A DNA stretch of 63,335 nucleotides, filler included, from Lenisia limosa (Eukaryota; Protista; Breviatea), in NCBI GenBank assembly GCA_001655205.1. It is 9 parts of 9 records of this genome, joined end to end, with 100 filler letters (N's around TTAATTAATTAA, not from the genome) between each part and the next. Parts side by side here need not be neighbours in the genome. Positions count along the whole stretch, not along the records: positions 23,961 to 37,660 come from LPNZ01008420.1; 8 more parts are not named here. One strand, 5' to 3'. This document shows positions 24,027 to 36,981 of this stretch, one piece after another. The notes under the pieces are model-generated. The model worked only from the letters and a program-made list of their open reading frames with translations, was not told the DNA's origin and made no database searches. How positions within the stretch are numbered: the first letter of the stretch is position 1; the number at the start of each line of letters is the position of its first letter. Position numbers and translations under genes: made by a program.

Positions 24027-27000
24027 GTGAAAACAACGGCTCCCTTCTTTATGCACAAAATTGCATACAGGTTTGCAAGGGGTCACCTTGGTGGTTCCCA
24101 TTCTCTTCAAGACATGCACTGTCATCAATAAGTCCCGACATAATTGACTGAAGATAAAGCTCAATATCAGTGGCAGGACTCATCGCAGTCACTTTGGGTA
24201 TTACATGATAGTGTATGATATATCATGTGTATGTAAATTTTAGGATTGTCCCCTCTTTTATGCAATATTGTGTCTTTGCAGATACTTTGCCAGCATAAGT
24301 TTGTGACACATTATTATAATTTTATTCCCTTACCTCACACCACGTTTTACTTAATTTGGTTTTCCCCTTCAAAAATTGCCATTCATGCCCCTCCCCCTAT
24401 TCAGTGTGCGACTCATCACAATGGTTCTGCTCGCGTCATTTGGAATGGTTTTGGCAGGCTCGGTCAACAACGTAACTGTTCGTCTTTTTGGTGGGTCAGA
24501 TCTCGGATAATGCTATATAAAATTAAGAGCTTCATTTTATTCCATACAATCAAGGAATCTCTCACTCTGTTTTTTTGGAACAGTAGTGATTATGATGTGA
24601 ACTGTTTCGGTCAGATCCATGTTTCTTGTTTCTGTCTGACTAATTGTTTAGGAGTTGTTCTATGCTCTTTCTCCGCAGGTGTAGGAGAAATTCTGTTTTT
24701 GGCCCTTTCTTCATATTACCCCAAGTATGAGAGTTGAAAATAAACATAGGCATTGTAAAACAAAACTGATTCGAAACATTGGGACAGATACACAAGACAG
24801 ATAAAAAGATAGCGCAATAGCATGGGCATGGGTTTTGCAAAACTTCAATAGTACTTTAAAACTTGGTTGACTCGAGATCCAACAAGAAAATTAAACCACC
24901 CCCATTTCTTGTTGGATACCGATACCGAAGTGAAACCCAAGTTTTTGCTATTCAGTTAGGAAACAAGCGAGTAAAAAAGAAACAAAATCAAACGGTAATG
25001 ATATCGGTAATAGTAAAAAAGAAACAAAATCAAACGGTATTCAAATGCAAATATCACATCTGATATTACTAACTCAAAATGTAGAACAGTTGTTGCTGGA
25101 TGGTCAAGTGGAACTGGAGGAGCTGGTGTGGGCGGAGCGTTGGTCTATTTACTTCTCACTTCTATTGGAGGGTGGGCAGGGGTCTATTACTTCNNNNNNN
25201 NNNNNNNNNNNNNNNNNNNNNNNNNNNNNNNNNNNNNNNNNNNNNNNNNNNNNNNNNNNNNNNNNNNNNNNNNNNNNNNNNNNNNNNNNNNNNNNGGACA
25301 ATGAGGCTATTCTTTTCTGCGCACCTCTACCCTTCATTGTGTTACTAACGTGAGAAGAGGGATCTTGGGGGGGGGGGATGACAAATTGACTTCCTTGTAC
25401 AGAATGAGCAGAAATGGATGAGGCGTTTTGTTGCACTTCACTATGTCATCACAATCTGAGGGGGGAAACAAAGAGAATAAATGAGATAACAAAGGATATA
25501 TTTCTAAAGAAGAATGTAGTCATATTTCAGGTACTATTGTGTCATGTCCAAGCCACATATGGCTGTAAAGGACAAAGAAGCGGTGGGACTAAGAAACGAA
25601 ACCTCTGTTGCAGGTGGTGGGGTAAAAGGCGAAGATGGGGGGATATTTGCATACTCCAGTAAGATCTTTGAGTATGTACATTATTCATATAATTGTTTGT
25701 AATGCGATTGTTTGTTTTTTCACCTCTGATTTTGTGTGTACTCCCTTACTATTAAGAGCCACTATCAATGACGGCTTCTGAACGTATCGCAGAAATTCGA
25801 GTGAGCATTTCAGACAAAATGAGAATATGGTAATATAGCAAAAGAGGAAGATTTGACAATATGGGTGAAATGGCAGTTTGGTTTGCTGGGAGAGAGCATC
25901 GTGTGTAAAACCGAGAAGATATGTAACAATGAGAAATAACAAATAAGGTAGTATCTTGCTGAAGCCATCCGTTTGAAAAATGAGTTGATTCTTTGTTTAA
26001 CTGATTCAGGGCCTCCTGAAGTACATGCTGGTGAGTAAGTGGCCATTTCAGTTTATCACTACGGATTACTTTGCTATTGCAAATGACTAGCTGGTTGTAC
26101 AAGGGAATGTATTTATTCATGACATTATGTCTCATTGCTACAAGGGCATAGTGTTAATCAGCTTTCATTTTGCTGAATATCATTACCGTTTGATTTGTTT
26201 CTTTTTTACTCGCTTGTTTCCTAACTGAATAGCAAAAACTTGGGTTTCACTTCAGTTCGCAACAAGACTGTTTTTTTTATGAAACTAGAGACGTTGTCTT
26301 TTGACCAACTAGAAAAATCTTTCACACTTCTCACATTTCAGCCCCTGTTCTTCGTGTATTTCGCAGGTAAGAATGGGACAGCAAAAAGACTGTACTTGAA
26401 AATTAATAATGGAACCACTTGAAGTATACAACTTGTTTATTATGAATAACTTATACATGTTCTTATCACCGTTTAGAATACTTGATTAACCAAGGAATTG
26501 CACCAACAATAGTGTACAGCACTTTTTCCAAAAGAGACACTTATGTGATCTACCAATTTTTGTGGGTTGATCTGTATTTCCCTTTTCAAAGATGTTGGAA
26601 AAAAAGAGAACTTCAACTGAAGCATAATACAGTATACAATAGTGTATCTGTTAAGCTTTAAACTGTGTTTCTTTTTAATTTCACATTTCTATGTATCATC
26701 TTTGGTTTAGGTATCAAAGTGGTGTGTTCGTTTCACGGTCATCAGTAACGTACATTCATATTAAGAAGATTTGGGTTCTCTCGTTGATACAGGTTACCGG
26801 GTTATTTGGGGTCAGGTTATGGAAAGGATTCTGGACTTTCTCAGATGTCAGAAATTGTTGAGTCATAATCAAGTCAGTTTTCTCAATATAAACCTTGCAA
26901 AATATCGAAAAATTACTAGTGATTTGAGCTATGGTGAGCAGAGGCGAACAATCATGAGTTTTTGGTTAATTTTCCAGAAACATTATTATTCATGACAGAT

Positions 27001-27490
27001 CTAGGTGTGTATTGCGTGCTTCATGTTCGTCCATGCACTCATGTGGTTTGTTCCAAGCGTTTACATCATCTTCGCGATTATCTTAGTTGAGGGACTGTTC
27101 GGGGTTTGTCGGGAATGGAGAATGCCTACAAAAATTGTGACAGTGTTTTCTGAAAAATATTGATTTGACACTAGTGAACCTCTAATTTAGAAAGAGACAT
27201 GTTGGACATAAAAACTTAATCTTTGTTTCCAAGCTAGTTCATCTTTTAGGGTGGAACTTATGTAAATGCGTTCTATCGAATGTCGTATGAAGTCATTTCT
27301 GAAAAAAGGTTTGGCGTGTGAGGCTATAACGATACTGACTCAACCCCCCCCCCCCTTTATCAGAGTCTTAATTTCCAGGGAATTTGCAATGGGGCTGGTT
27401 TCTGTTTCAGACACTTTTGGAATTGTCTGTGCCGGAATCGCGTCTCTCTTTGTCCACTCGTTCTTGGAAGAACACCAGGCATCCCACTAA
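24027..27490 (+). CDS. CLN3: Battenin / CLN3 (Btn1) lysosomal membrane protein, 5'-truncated at the spacer
   Basis: Exons: VKTTAPFFMHKIAYS|VRLITMV...|LGVVLCSFSAGVGEILFLALSSYYPK|TVVAGWSSGTGGAGVGGALVY...|EPLSMTASERIAEIR|GLLKYML|PLFFVYFAEYLINQG...|YQSGVFVSRSS...FVPSVYIIFAIILVEGLFG|GGTYVNAFY...|REFAMGLVSVSDTFGI...*. All canonical CLN3 motifs occur in order. Confidence 0.93.
24927..25004 (+). repeat. Left copy of a 77/78-bp inverted repeat pair (partner 26177-26253), in a CLN3 intron
   Basis: gaagtgaaacccaagtttttgctattcagttaggaaacaagcgagtaaaaaagaaacaaaatcaaacggtaatgatat. The partner's reverse complement differs by one A in a homopolymer. Confidence 0.92.
26177..26253 (-). repeat. Right copy of the 77/78-bp inverted repeat pair, in a later CLN3 intron
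   Basis: Direct comparison with 24927-25004. Confidence 0.92.
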
Positions 27491-27689
27491 TGTCTTCACC
27501 TAAAAAAACTTCTCCCTGTACAAACGTTGATTTTTTGGGAAAACAACAAGCATGGTTTTTGTTGTTATTCTGTTATGCAGATGATTTTTAAGCAAAAATG
27601 GCCACCAAACCTGTTAATACAATATAAGATATAGTACAGTAGTATTTGTCACAAAAAAACGAAGATGTGAATTTCAAGTCTGGCGCTGT

Positions 27690-30600
27690 TGAAAACGCTG
27701 TTGTGGAGCATTCATCAATAAGTATATCAGACTAGCGCATAGCCTTCACTTTCTTTGACGCCTCTTTTATTGTAGTAACAGCTACTTTTGGCCCCCTTTT
27801 TCGAACAACTTCCTGAAAATGTTAGTTGTGCTTTTGTGTAGCTACAGGGCTATTGAAATGCAGCTTAGCAAAATTGAACGCTTTCCACTCATTTTCTATT
27901 TGTTACCCGACAACCTCTTCATCACTGTCGACGCCTGAATCTTCCAAGGCATTTTTCTGTGATTGTCAGAATATTGTATGTGTTTAGCCAACCACCCGTC
28001 AAACCTGCTGCAGGCCCTTCTGTCCGGCCTTCTTCTGCACATGCCTGGATGTTGTTTTCTTGGTCTCTTTCAAAGAGTTGATCGCGAAGCCACTATTCTG
28101 CGTTTCTTTTTCAACATCAATGACAACGTCTTCTCCGTTCTCATGGCAGACTAGCTTCAGTTGCTTGCCCTCAAGGTCAACACAATGCTTACTATATGCC
28201 TGTGGTGGTGAAAATAAGAGATTCAACATTATGACGACTCTCCCTCTCACTTCGCTTTTGTTATTGAGGTGAGTGGCCAAATGACAAAGGGCTAGAAATA
28301 CTCGCTTAATTGTCATATCACAGCAGATGGCGAATAACTCGTCACTCATACCTGGGGTGAAATAACTGTGTCTTCACTTTCGGTTCCTTGCTGCTTCTTC
28401 AAAATAGATTGGGTCTGATGATTTTAAGAAATGAAAAAATATCGCATCATCAATTAAAGTTCCCCTCACTCGACTTGGTTGACAGTATTTGGGATTTCCC
28501 TCCGGTCAGACAAAATATTGATATTTTGAGGATTTCACACTTACTTGAATTTGACTGAGACGATTGACTTTTCGGGACTTTAAGTGCTTTGCAAGGAACT
28601 TGGAAATCTAAAGTGTGGGTATATATGAAAATTGAAGCCACAATTATGCGTCATTTCCCCCTCACATCCTCCAGGGGGTAGATCTTCGTACAAGTGGGGC
28701 CCTTTCCTGCCATTAAGTTCTCGAGTTGTGTGTTCAGCTTTCGCTTCAACTTCCGACCCCCCACTGGGCGCACAACTATGGGGTGAGAGAATTGCTTTCT
28801 CTCATCTGAAGAAAATGATCTCAATAGCTAGAACAGTTCATTGTGAATTTGGTATCTGTAAATATAATTTTCTTATTATTACGTTATTAGAGGTTGATTT
28901 GACGATTAAAACCTTCCATCCTTTGTCTCACCAGGAGTATCTTTTTGAAGTGCAGTTTCAACTTCTTGAAACGGGATTTGTTCGACTGCTAATTATTTTT
29001 GGTGAAGTTTTATGAAATATTGATAACAGTCGGTGAAAGTATATCAGTTGGAAGAAAATTATTAATGTTAATTTTGGCATCATATGTACCAACTATTGTG
29101 CTCCTGGAGTGCATTTTCATAGTTTCTTTCATCCTGGAGCATAAAAATATTCAGGGGAATGTAATCCCCAATTTTACAATGAATCAATAAAATCCTGATC
29201 AAAGTCACCGCACAAACATTGTCGTCATTTTCATTGGAATAGTCCATAACAGAATGACATTCACCGTTTTGTTGAATTCCTTCATTTTTTTGTACAACTA
29301 AACAGTTATTCACAATGCAGGCAGCAATTAAACTATTTCTAAATTTTCGCAATTATTCGGATCACATTGATAAAGTAATCATTTCGAAAACGAAGGGAAG
29401 CTGATCAGTTGGATCAACAAATGAAACTGTTTTTTCCATGTCACTTGCAAGAAACCGATATTGGGATTCACTTACCATTCACAACAGGATGTTTAATTAA
29501 AAAGGGGTCAAAATCAAGAAAGTTGGAATTTTCTTCATAAATCGTCTCCTGAGGCCACTGTGTGTCCATATTCTGAGTCTGATGAATTCGACAAAATGAA
29601 AAAGCAATTTATTGATTAGAATGGGATCATAAAATCACAATTTATGAGATACACAAAAAGTGATGGATGTTTTTTTAATTTTATGAATTACCTTAATTGA
29701 TAAAGATCCAATGATGTTGTTTTGAAGAAGCGATTGGTCAAAAGACTCCAACGTTCTACTTAGTTAACGAAACTAGTTTCAAATTCAATTCAAACTGCAA
29801 GTGATGATGAAATATATGGAATCATTGTATGATTTTCACATTATTCAAAAAAACTTGCTAACAGTTTCTTTGGGGAGTTCAGAAGACAACCCGCAAGAGT
29901 GGTTATATTTGGAAGGCGGCTGTGAACTACAAATGGTTGCGGAGGTTTCAACTGCAGGATTAGATATAGAGGAGCTGCAGGGATGTTCGACACGTTCATG
30001 AACCCTCTCACAGCAACTCTATTGGCAGCGCGATTTGGTTTTAGTTTGAAAGGCTTTAATCTGGTCTGAAACAATCATGGTGATTTTTTCCTTTCTGTCG
30101 CATTATCATGATGAAATTCATAATTTGTACTATATTATATGTTACAATATGTATACTCTATATTATGAAGTAAGAAACCCTAATCAAGAACTATGGACTA
30201 ACATTGCTTTGATCTTTCTCAACGATACGGGATAAATTGATCAAAAACTCGGACTTGACAGAGTGTTGAGAATCACATTGCATGGGTCTTATTTTCTGAA
30301 TGATATTAAAAATTGTAAGAATCACTACTTGGATATTTCTCTTTACCTACTTTGACGGACTGTTTTCGAGTGTTGTCGACATTTTCTACCACACCAATAA
30401 GCGGCATAGGCATTTGGTTGGCCAGATTTAAAGTTTCGGTGATAACTAAATATATGATGAATAAATTACAAAAAACCTTACCAATTTTAGTATTATCTTC
30501 GTAATAAGTTGGAGGAGGAGGGGCAAGACTATTGGTCTGGAGGAGTGGTGAATAATTGTTAAGACTAAAGAAAATTTTCTTTATGTCAACTCCTCTATAA

Positions 30601-33305
30601 TAGAATCAATATACTATAACAGTGTAAGAGTTTCAAAAGTATGTACAAATTTAGAAATAATTTTGCTCTAACCCACCACATGTAGTGTTGGCATCTGTCT
30701 TCCTTTTGGTCTAAACAGATGAGTTTTTGAAATAAAATAAAACAGAAAAATAACATACACATGATTGTTTCGAACATCGGGCTCGTTTTGCTGTGAAGTC
30801 TGTAATTGACTTGGCTGTTGAATCTAAACACTCAGAGTGAAGGTAAATACGAATACCGGCAAGTCTTGGTACAGATGGCTATTGAAGACATCGCTATAAA
30901 CATATCATAGTATGTAATAATATGTGATTTATGATATCATTATATATCATATATATGTCATATAATACCATATGATATGGACAATATTAGGGCTCTAAGT
31001 CCAAATGGTGGTTAAAGAAGTGGAGCAATGAAATGGTTTCCTTCAACCATTTTAAGAGCGTTGTGGCAGTCATCTTCACTGTCGTCTTCGAATGCGTTTT
31101 GAAAGTCTGTTGTCATTGATGGTTGGGTTAATCCCTCCTATATTGATAAATATTATTTCAAAATAGAATAAGTGAAATTCCTAAAATAAAAGGAAACTAT
31201 AATGCTAATTTCTTTTCAATACTGCAAATTAGACAGAATAAATATAATACATAAATGAAAACACCACTACCCCCTGCCACAAAATTAAATCACTCACCTC
31301 GTCATCAAAATTAAACTGTGTGGCAGCAGCATAATGAGGAACATCATTCAACTCAGCTTAAGTGTAAGAAGTGAAGTCCTATTGGACAATAGGAACAATA
31401 TATTTTATCATACTTGGGATTGTCAAGTCATCTAAAGCTTCTAACTCCTCCATTTCAGCGGAGAGGGGAGGGACCAAATCCATAAAAGAGGACAACGATG
31501 CACTCTCCTTGCAAATTCCCCCTAAATCATGAAAGAAATGCGACAACAGTATTCAAGATCTCGGATTTCTGGTCATACCTATTGTGTCCTTATGTAAGAT
31601 TTTGTCGTCATCAGATGATATGTAGAGCCTTCCAAAGAGGGGAGCTGAGTAGTTTGAATCTACACCTATTATCTCAAGGCTAGAATAGTTCTGTACACTG
31701 GGATGAGCACTTGTTGCCCAAACTATGTGTATCGTTACCCCAGCATGGAATATTGGCCTTTTTCACACCCTGAAGTAACTTAGGGTTCAAGAGATGTCCC
31801 AATTTGAAAGTGTACATGGTCACGGGATTAGCAATTGCTGACCCCCAAACACACAGGGAGTAGCACTTGGTTACCCCAACTACTATGTTTATCTGGTTAC
31901 ATCAACTATGTTGGGTAATCAGATGCCAAAAAGGGTATATCTGGTCCTCAACATAGAAAAATGGCCATTGGATAAAAATTCCGGTTGGGGTAACCAGATG
32001 CTTTTGGGGTAACCAGGTGCATTTCTCTTGTGCACTTGGTCAAATTAAGTGATAGTATATGACGCGATACATATTGTTTACCTTGTTATTGGATCTTTAT
32101 GTTGTTGCTAGCCTACCAATATAGAGCTTTACAACTTTACCTGTAGACTTAGATGAGGCAGCATTATCTGAAAGGTAAAGTACATTATAAAAAATAATAT
32201 AAACAAATAGTATTAACAAATAGGCTGTTTTGCAATACAAAGCATGAAAATATCCCCATTTTCCGTCCTTTTGTGATGCTTTGATGATCAACACGTACTG
32301 ATGTGAAAGGAGTGGTCATTTGACTCTTCAAAGAAAGGTTGTTTGTTCAGAGCCTCAAGCTTCCGCTGATCGATCTGCATGGTTATGTTCATTTTTTACA
32401 TTATGCTTCCGTTGTATCAATGGATGATTTTTTTAACTATCCCACGATTAATACATCAGACGTATACAGTATAATATATTACATTTAATACATCAAAATA
32501 TATATATACATAAGCATCAAAATAGACCATTTCTATCTACGAGAGGCTAGAAAAGACATTTTGCTCACCTCGAGATCCACTGCAGAAGGCCATGCAAAAA
32601 AGAGGCGCGAAAAGAAAGTAAATCCCTGGTCTGGCTGAATGTGGCTGATGTTGGTGGGAGTTAAGGCTTCTTCTGGGGGTGTGGGGTGATATCTCCTCAA
32701 TATTTTAATAATAATTTTTTTCGGGAGAAAGTCAACCAACGAAATAGGCTTGTGTGAAAATTTCATAGCATTAGCAAACATATCACAAGTGGGGAACGCC
32801 ACTAACCGTTTTCAACTTCAGCGTGATCGTCATTCTTGTCGTCCTTTTTTAGACTGGTTTGTTCAGATTTTTTCACCACACCTTTATTGATGGCTTTCAG
32901 GAGGGTATCTAACCAAGGTTAATGTGCCACTAATCAAGACTGTAAACAAATCACAAACTTACTATATCCCTCCACCTTGCATTTCTTTGATAACCTCGAC
33001 CCGCATTTTGACATTCAGCGAAATATCAGCCAGCTGTGCCGTTTCACTCTCGCCTTGGATGGAGCTCGTTGTGAAGGATGCCATTGAGAAAGGGTCACGC
33101 TTATGTCTTTCAAAATGAGACTCGGCATATAAATTGTAAATTGTAAGAGGTTATTTATGTACAGGTGATCTCCAAAGCCAGTCTCAAAATCAATCCCCAA
33201 AAAAATCCCAAAATTGTGAAGAAGTTCAGAAAAGCGCTCCTGAGCTTACACTGCATTCTGAATGTTCTTTGCAACCTCTCGAAAGTTGAATCTTGGAGGC
33301 ATTCT
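27690..33305 (-). CDS. One or more hypothetical multi-exon proteins (low-complexity, acidic and basic tracts)
   Basis: A series of minus-strand exons runs from MPPRFNFREVAKNIQNA (~33305) through SLSSFMDLVPPLSAEMEELEALDD, AFEDDSEDDCHNALK and MSDELFAICCDMTIKRVFLALCHL to EVVRKKGPKVAVTTIKEASKKVKAMR* (~27690). No family recognised; gene number unknown. Confidence 0.4.
31863..32021. mobile_element. Foldback/MITE-like element with iterated TGGTTACCCCAA motifs, intronic
   Basis: gcacttggttaccccaa (31863-31879) pairs with ttggggtaaccaggtgc (32005-32021) at 16/17. A second nested pair is atctggttacatcaa / ttggggtaaccagat. A degenerate duplicate of the left end lies at ~31701-31745. Confidence 0.6.
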
Positions 33306-33550
33306 AAAGTGTGGGAATGTAGTTTGTCAAATCTGTGTCAATTAATTCTGAATAAACTAGATTATATAATATTATTATTCAACTGTATTTGAATGAAAAT
33401 GGAGTGAGGGAACATAGGTTGCTGAAATGACAGATATGTCAATGAACCATTTTCATTTTGACTGGATTATTTTCGATAGTATTTAAGGAAATTTAAACTT
33501 CAATACATTTTCCATTCATATAAGATAATACTAGACCTTAAGTGGTATCG

Positions 33551-33560
33551 CTATAAAAAG
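33551..33560 (+). promoter_or_regulatory. Candidate TATA box
   Basis: CTATAAAAAG lies ~35-45 nt upstream of the ATG at 33595. Confidence 0.4.
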
Positions 33561-33594
33561 GCCAAGATTTGTGTATTTTTACTGTATAAATAAA

Positions 33595-35400
33595 ATGAAG
33601 ATTGCAAGCTTCTTCCTTATTTTGTTGGCACTTGTGGCCTTCATCTCTGCCAAGTCTGACAAGGCTGACAAAGTCGAGTTTAAGAGAGACGTAAAGGTTA
33701 CAACTAACAACAACAAGGTTGAAGTGACCTCCAAACAACGTGATGGTGATGGCAAGACCTTCATCCAGTTCACTCTCACCAACAAGCCCACTATTGGTAG
33801 GTGTCAAGAAAATTCCTCAAGTCGCTAAGCTTTTTTTAAGGCTCTCGTCTTCGCATCAAGGTTAAGGGCAGCGATGAGTCTGGTGTTGACGCTAAACTCT
33901 CATCCCGCCTTCGTGTTTTTGAAATTGTGGAGTTTGAGCCGACATCTGAAAAGCCAGTCTTCGAAGGTTTGCTTGGTTGCTCTGTTGTTACACCGATCAG
34001 GGTCCGCGTCCTTTCCCTAAAAATGTCGGGCATTTATTTCCACCTCTTGTTGCTCATTCAGTATTCATTCCTCCAAAACTCTAAACTAAAAGGTCCCCCC
34101 CCTTTTTTTTGTTTGCTTCCTCTAATAGAATATTTTTGCCGTTTTTCTGTTTTTGTTTGAACTAATTATTCAAGAGGGAATGGATGTTGTCCAACGCTAC
34201 ACTTTCGCCGACAAGACTTTCGGAAACTTTGTAGCTGGCAAGGAGACTGACGGAGTTATCCCCGTTTCAACCACCACCAGCGTGAGGCACTCTTTCTCTT
34301 TTCATTGAATTTTAATTTCCAAGTGTAATTCTCATCTCCTTCAGGACAACCGCGTTTCTGTCAAGTATGAGCTTGCCACCGAAATTGTTGAGAAGACGGA
34401 CTACACTTTGTCCCCTAACTCTGCCAAGTTCGACCTTGAGATCAACAACTTCGACTATAAGGGAACTGCTTCCAAGTATGTGGCGTTTTTGTGTCCTTCA
34501 TCGTCTTCAGTACCACCAAGCATAATGAGTATAAACCTACCCCCCCCCCCCNNNNNNNNNNNNNNNNNNNNNNNNNNNNNNNNNNNNNNNNNNNNNNNNN
34601 NNNNNNNNNNNNNNNNNNNNNNNNNNNNNNNNNNNNNNNNNNNNNNNNNNNNNNNNNNNNNNNNNNNNNNNNNNNNNNNNNNNNNNNNNNNNNNNNNNNN
34701 NNNNNNNNNNNNNNNNNNNNNNNNNNNNNNNNNNNNNNNNNNNNNNNNNNNNNNNNNNNNNNNNNNNNNNNNNNNNNNNNNNNNNNNNNNNNNNNNNNNN
34801 NNNNNNNNNNNNNNNNNNNNNNNNNNNNNNTTTTTTACATTAATAAGGCAACTTGTTAATATGATATCAAAATATAGAGTGGCCGATAATTGAACTGAAC
34901 TGTGCAGCCTGGGCGTATGCATCTTGCCCTCCCATGATATTCTTCCTAGACTGAACGAAATTCAGTCTTTTTTACCAAGTATTTATCGTCGTTGCCAAGT
35001 CGTTACAAATAAACTATCGCCCCACTATCACCCCTTATCCTGGGGTTAAATTATATTTTTAACCCTTGCTCCTCTTCCCTCACTATCACCCCAGGTTCGC
35101 TCTGGCTCCAAGGACGTTGATGTCACTGCCTCTTCCATCAAAGAAAGCACCACCAAGGACGCCGAGACCAAGGAGGAAGGGGAGAAAACCCAAGTTGTCT
35201 ATTTCACCATTGACGATGACAGCCAGCCATCTAGGTGAGTATTTGACAAAATCTGGTCTGTTTTTTGATTTTCTATCATTTCACCCCATAGCATCATTTG
35301 GGATCCTAAGATTGGTGTCAGTGAAGCCGGTCTTAACTCACCCGCTTCCACCTTTGTTCCATCCATCGCTATCCTTGCCCTTATTGCCCTCTTCCTTTGA
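33595..35400 (+). CDS. Secreted, probably GPI-anchored or C-terminally anchored protein of unknown function
   Basis: Signal peptide MKIASFFLILLALVAFISA; beta-rich body (FEIVEFEP, SAKFDLEINNFDY, QVVYFTID, SIIWDPKIG); hydrophobic tail PASTFVPSIAILALIALFL* with TGA at 35398-35400. A 279-nt N gap lies inside the gene. Confidence 0.75.
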
Positions 35401-35651
35401 GTTTTTTTTTGTGATATTAAAGTCTTATATCATATATTATTCAAGTCAAATTATTATCGAGGCTTTGGAACCAAAACTAAAGTTAAAACGATCTCTTAGA
35501 TGTTTTCTTAACCAAAATGCTAAGGGGGGTTAAATAAACCATACATTCGTACGAAACTAAAAACACAAAGAAATACAATAACTACGCACCTAAAAAGTGA
35601 AAAATGAAGGCAAAAAGGGGACTGACTACACAACTCAAAACCAAAAAACCC

Positions 35652-36782
35652 CTACCCACCATGGACCTTTACGTTGTCCTTTTGCACAATACCCTTGTCA
35701 CACAAGAATTGGGCAATGTTTCGGCGTTGATCGCCTGGGATGTAACAAAAAAAAAATGGCCAGGGCTCCAGACCGCCATATATCCGTAAATTATAAATAC
35801 ATCTTCTCCATCAACAGCCAATCAAATTGCATTTCACCATCTCGCCTCACCTTGTGTTTGAATTACGGTTCCTGCCTCCTTATCTTCAACAATAGTACCG
35901 TTGCAGCAAAACTCCTGGGAGGCGGGGTTATAATAATCATGCATTCAAGTGAAATCAAAGGGGGGGGGGGGGNNNNNNNNNNNNNNNNNNNNNNNNNNNN
36001 NNNNNNNNNNNNNNNNNNNNNNNNNNNNNNNNNNNNNNNNNNNNNNNNNNNNNNNNNNNNNNNNNNNNNNNNNNNNNNNNNNNNNNCATCTTCATTACTA
36101 CCAAAAAAAAAAACATCATTACGCTAAAGGGGTGCAAGACTGAATTCACCATTTGATCGAACACAAGATGAAGAAATAGAGCCCCAAGGAAGCCAGTTTT
36201 TCATCCAAAACGTAACAATACTAATTAATATACATTAAAGAGACCCCAGAAGAAGGGAGAGAGGAAAGTAAAGAGCGGTACCTGAGCCCAAAAGCGGTAC
36301 CTTCACTGAAATCAATTTTTTTTTCACTCACACAGCAGAGATATCCGATATTTCTTCAAATATCAGCGATCTTACCTTCTTAATAGCCTTAAGGATTTTC
36401 TTGAAGTCAAGTTCAGCGTCAAGTCCGGTAACAGTTGTCAAACACTTGCGGCCATTTCTCTGTTGCATGCGAATATCTAGGGCTGTTAGCAAAGAAAAAG
36501 GCATGCTGTTGCCCAGCCAAAGGGCAATTATTCATCAATTCTGCCTCAAACGGATGTTCTTTGATGATGAGATTCCTCCTGATTCTTCAACATCAGCAAA
36601 GGGGTCTACAGAGTGAAAACACAGAATGTCAAAAGGAGAAGTTGGAAGCAGTTGTGCCTATTATGAAAGAATCAAGGCATTTTGAGAGTTTTTCACCAAA
36701 AAAACACTATTCAATGAAAAAAAAAACGAAAAAAAAAACCGCTACACCAACCGTGTGCTTCAAGATTGATAATAGTAGACAT
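35652..36782 (-). CDS. EIF1: Eukaryotic translation initiation factor 1 (SUI1)
   Basis: MSTIINLEAH|DPFADVEESGGISSSKNI|xIRMQQRNGRKCLTTVTGLDAELDFKKILKAIKK|EFCCNGTIVEDKEAGTVIQTQ|GDQRRNIAQFLCDKGIVQKDNVKVHGG*. Confidence 0.97.
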
Positions 36783-36981
36783 GCAAACTTCTTTTAAAAC
36801 TCTCAGTAGTGAAAGAATCAAAATTTCCTCACAAAAAAAGTTCTTTAAAAATAAAACCAGGCACCAGGGGACCGTAAATTCACGCGTTCTAGGATCGCCC
36901 AACCAGGCCCAGAATCCCGGTGCCGGGCCAATGGTGTACATTTTTCGGGAGTTCTGAAAAGAGCTCTTTTTCACAAGCACT

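Noticed and set aside
23961-24200. Minus-strand reading PKVTAMSPATDIELYLQSIMSG... as a separate gene
   Set aside because: It overlaps the CLN3 exon VKTTAPFFMHKIAY and its introns on the plus strand.
25752-26135. 127-aa minus-strand ORF inside the inverted repeat pair, suggesting a Pack-MULE-like cargo gene
   Set aside because: The plus strand here holds the CLN3 exons EPLSMTASERIAEIR and GLLKYML in the correct order. The ORF is an antisense shadow.
4940-30980. Many TA/TCA-rich low-complexity tracts (for example 4940-5045, 6600-6716, 10100-10310, 11690-11800)
   Set aside because: They have no consistent unit or boundaries and were treated as ordinary intronic low-complexity DNA.
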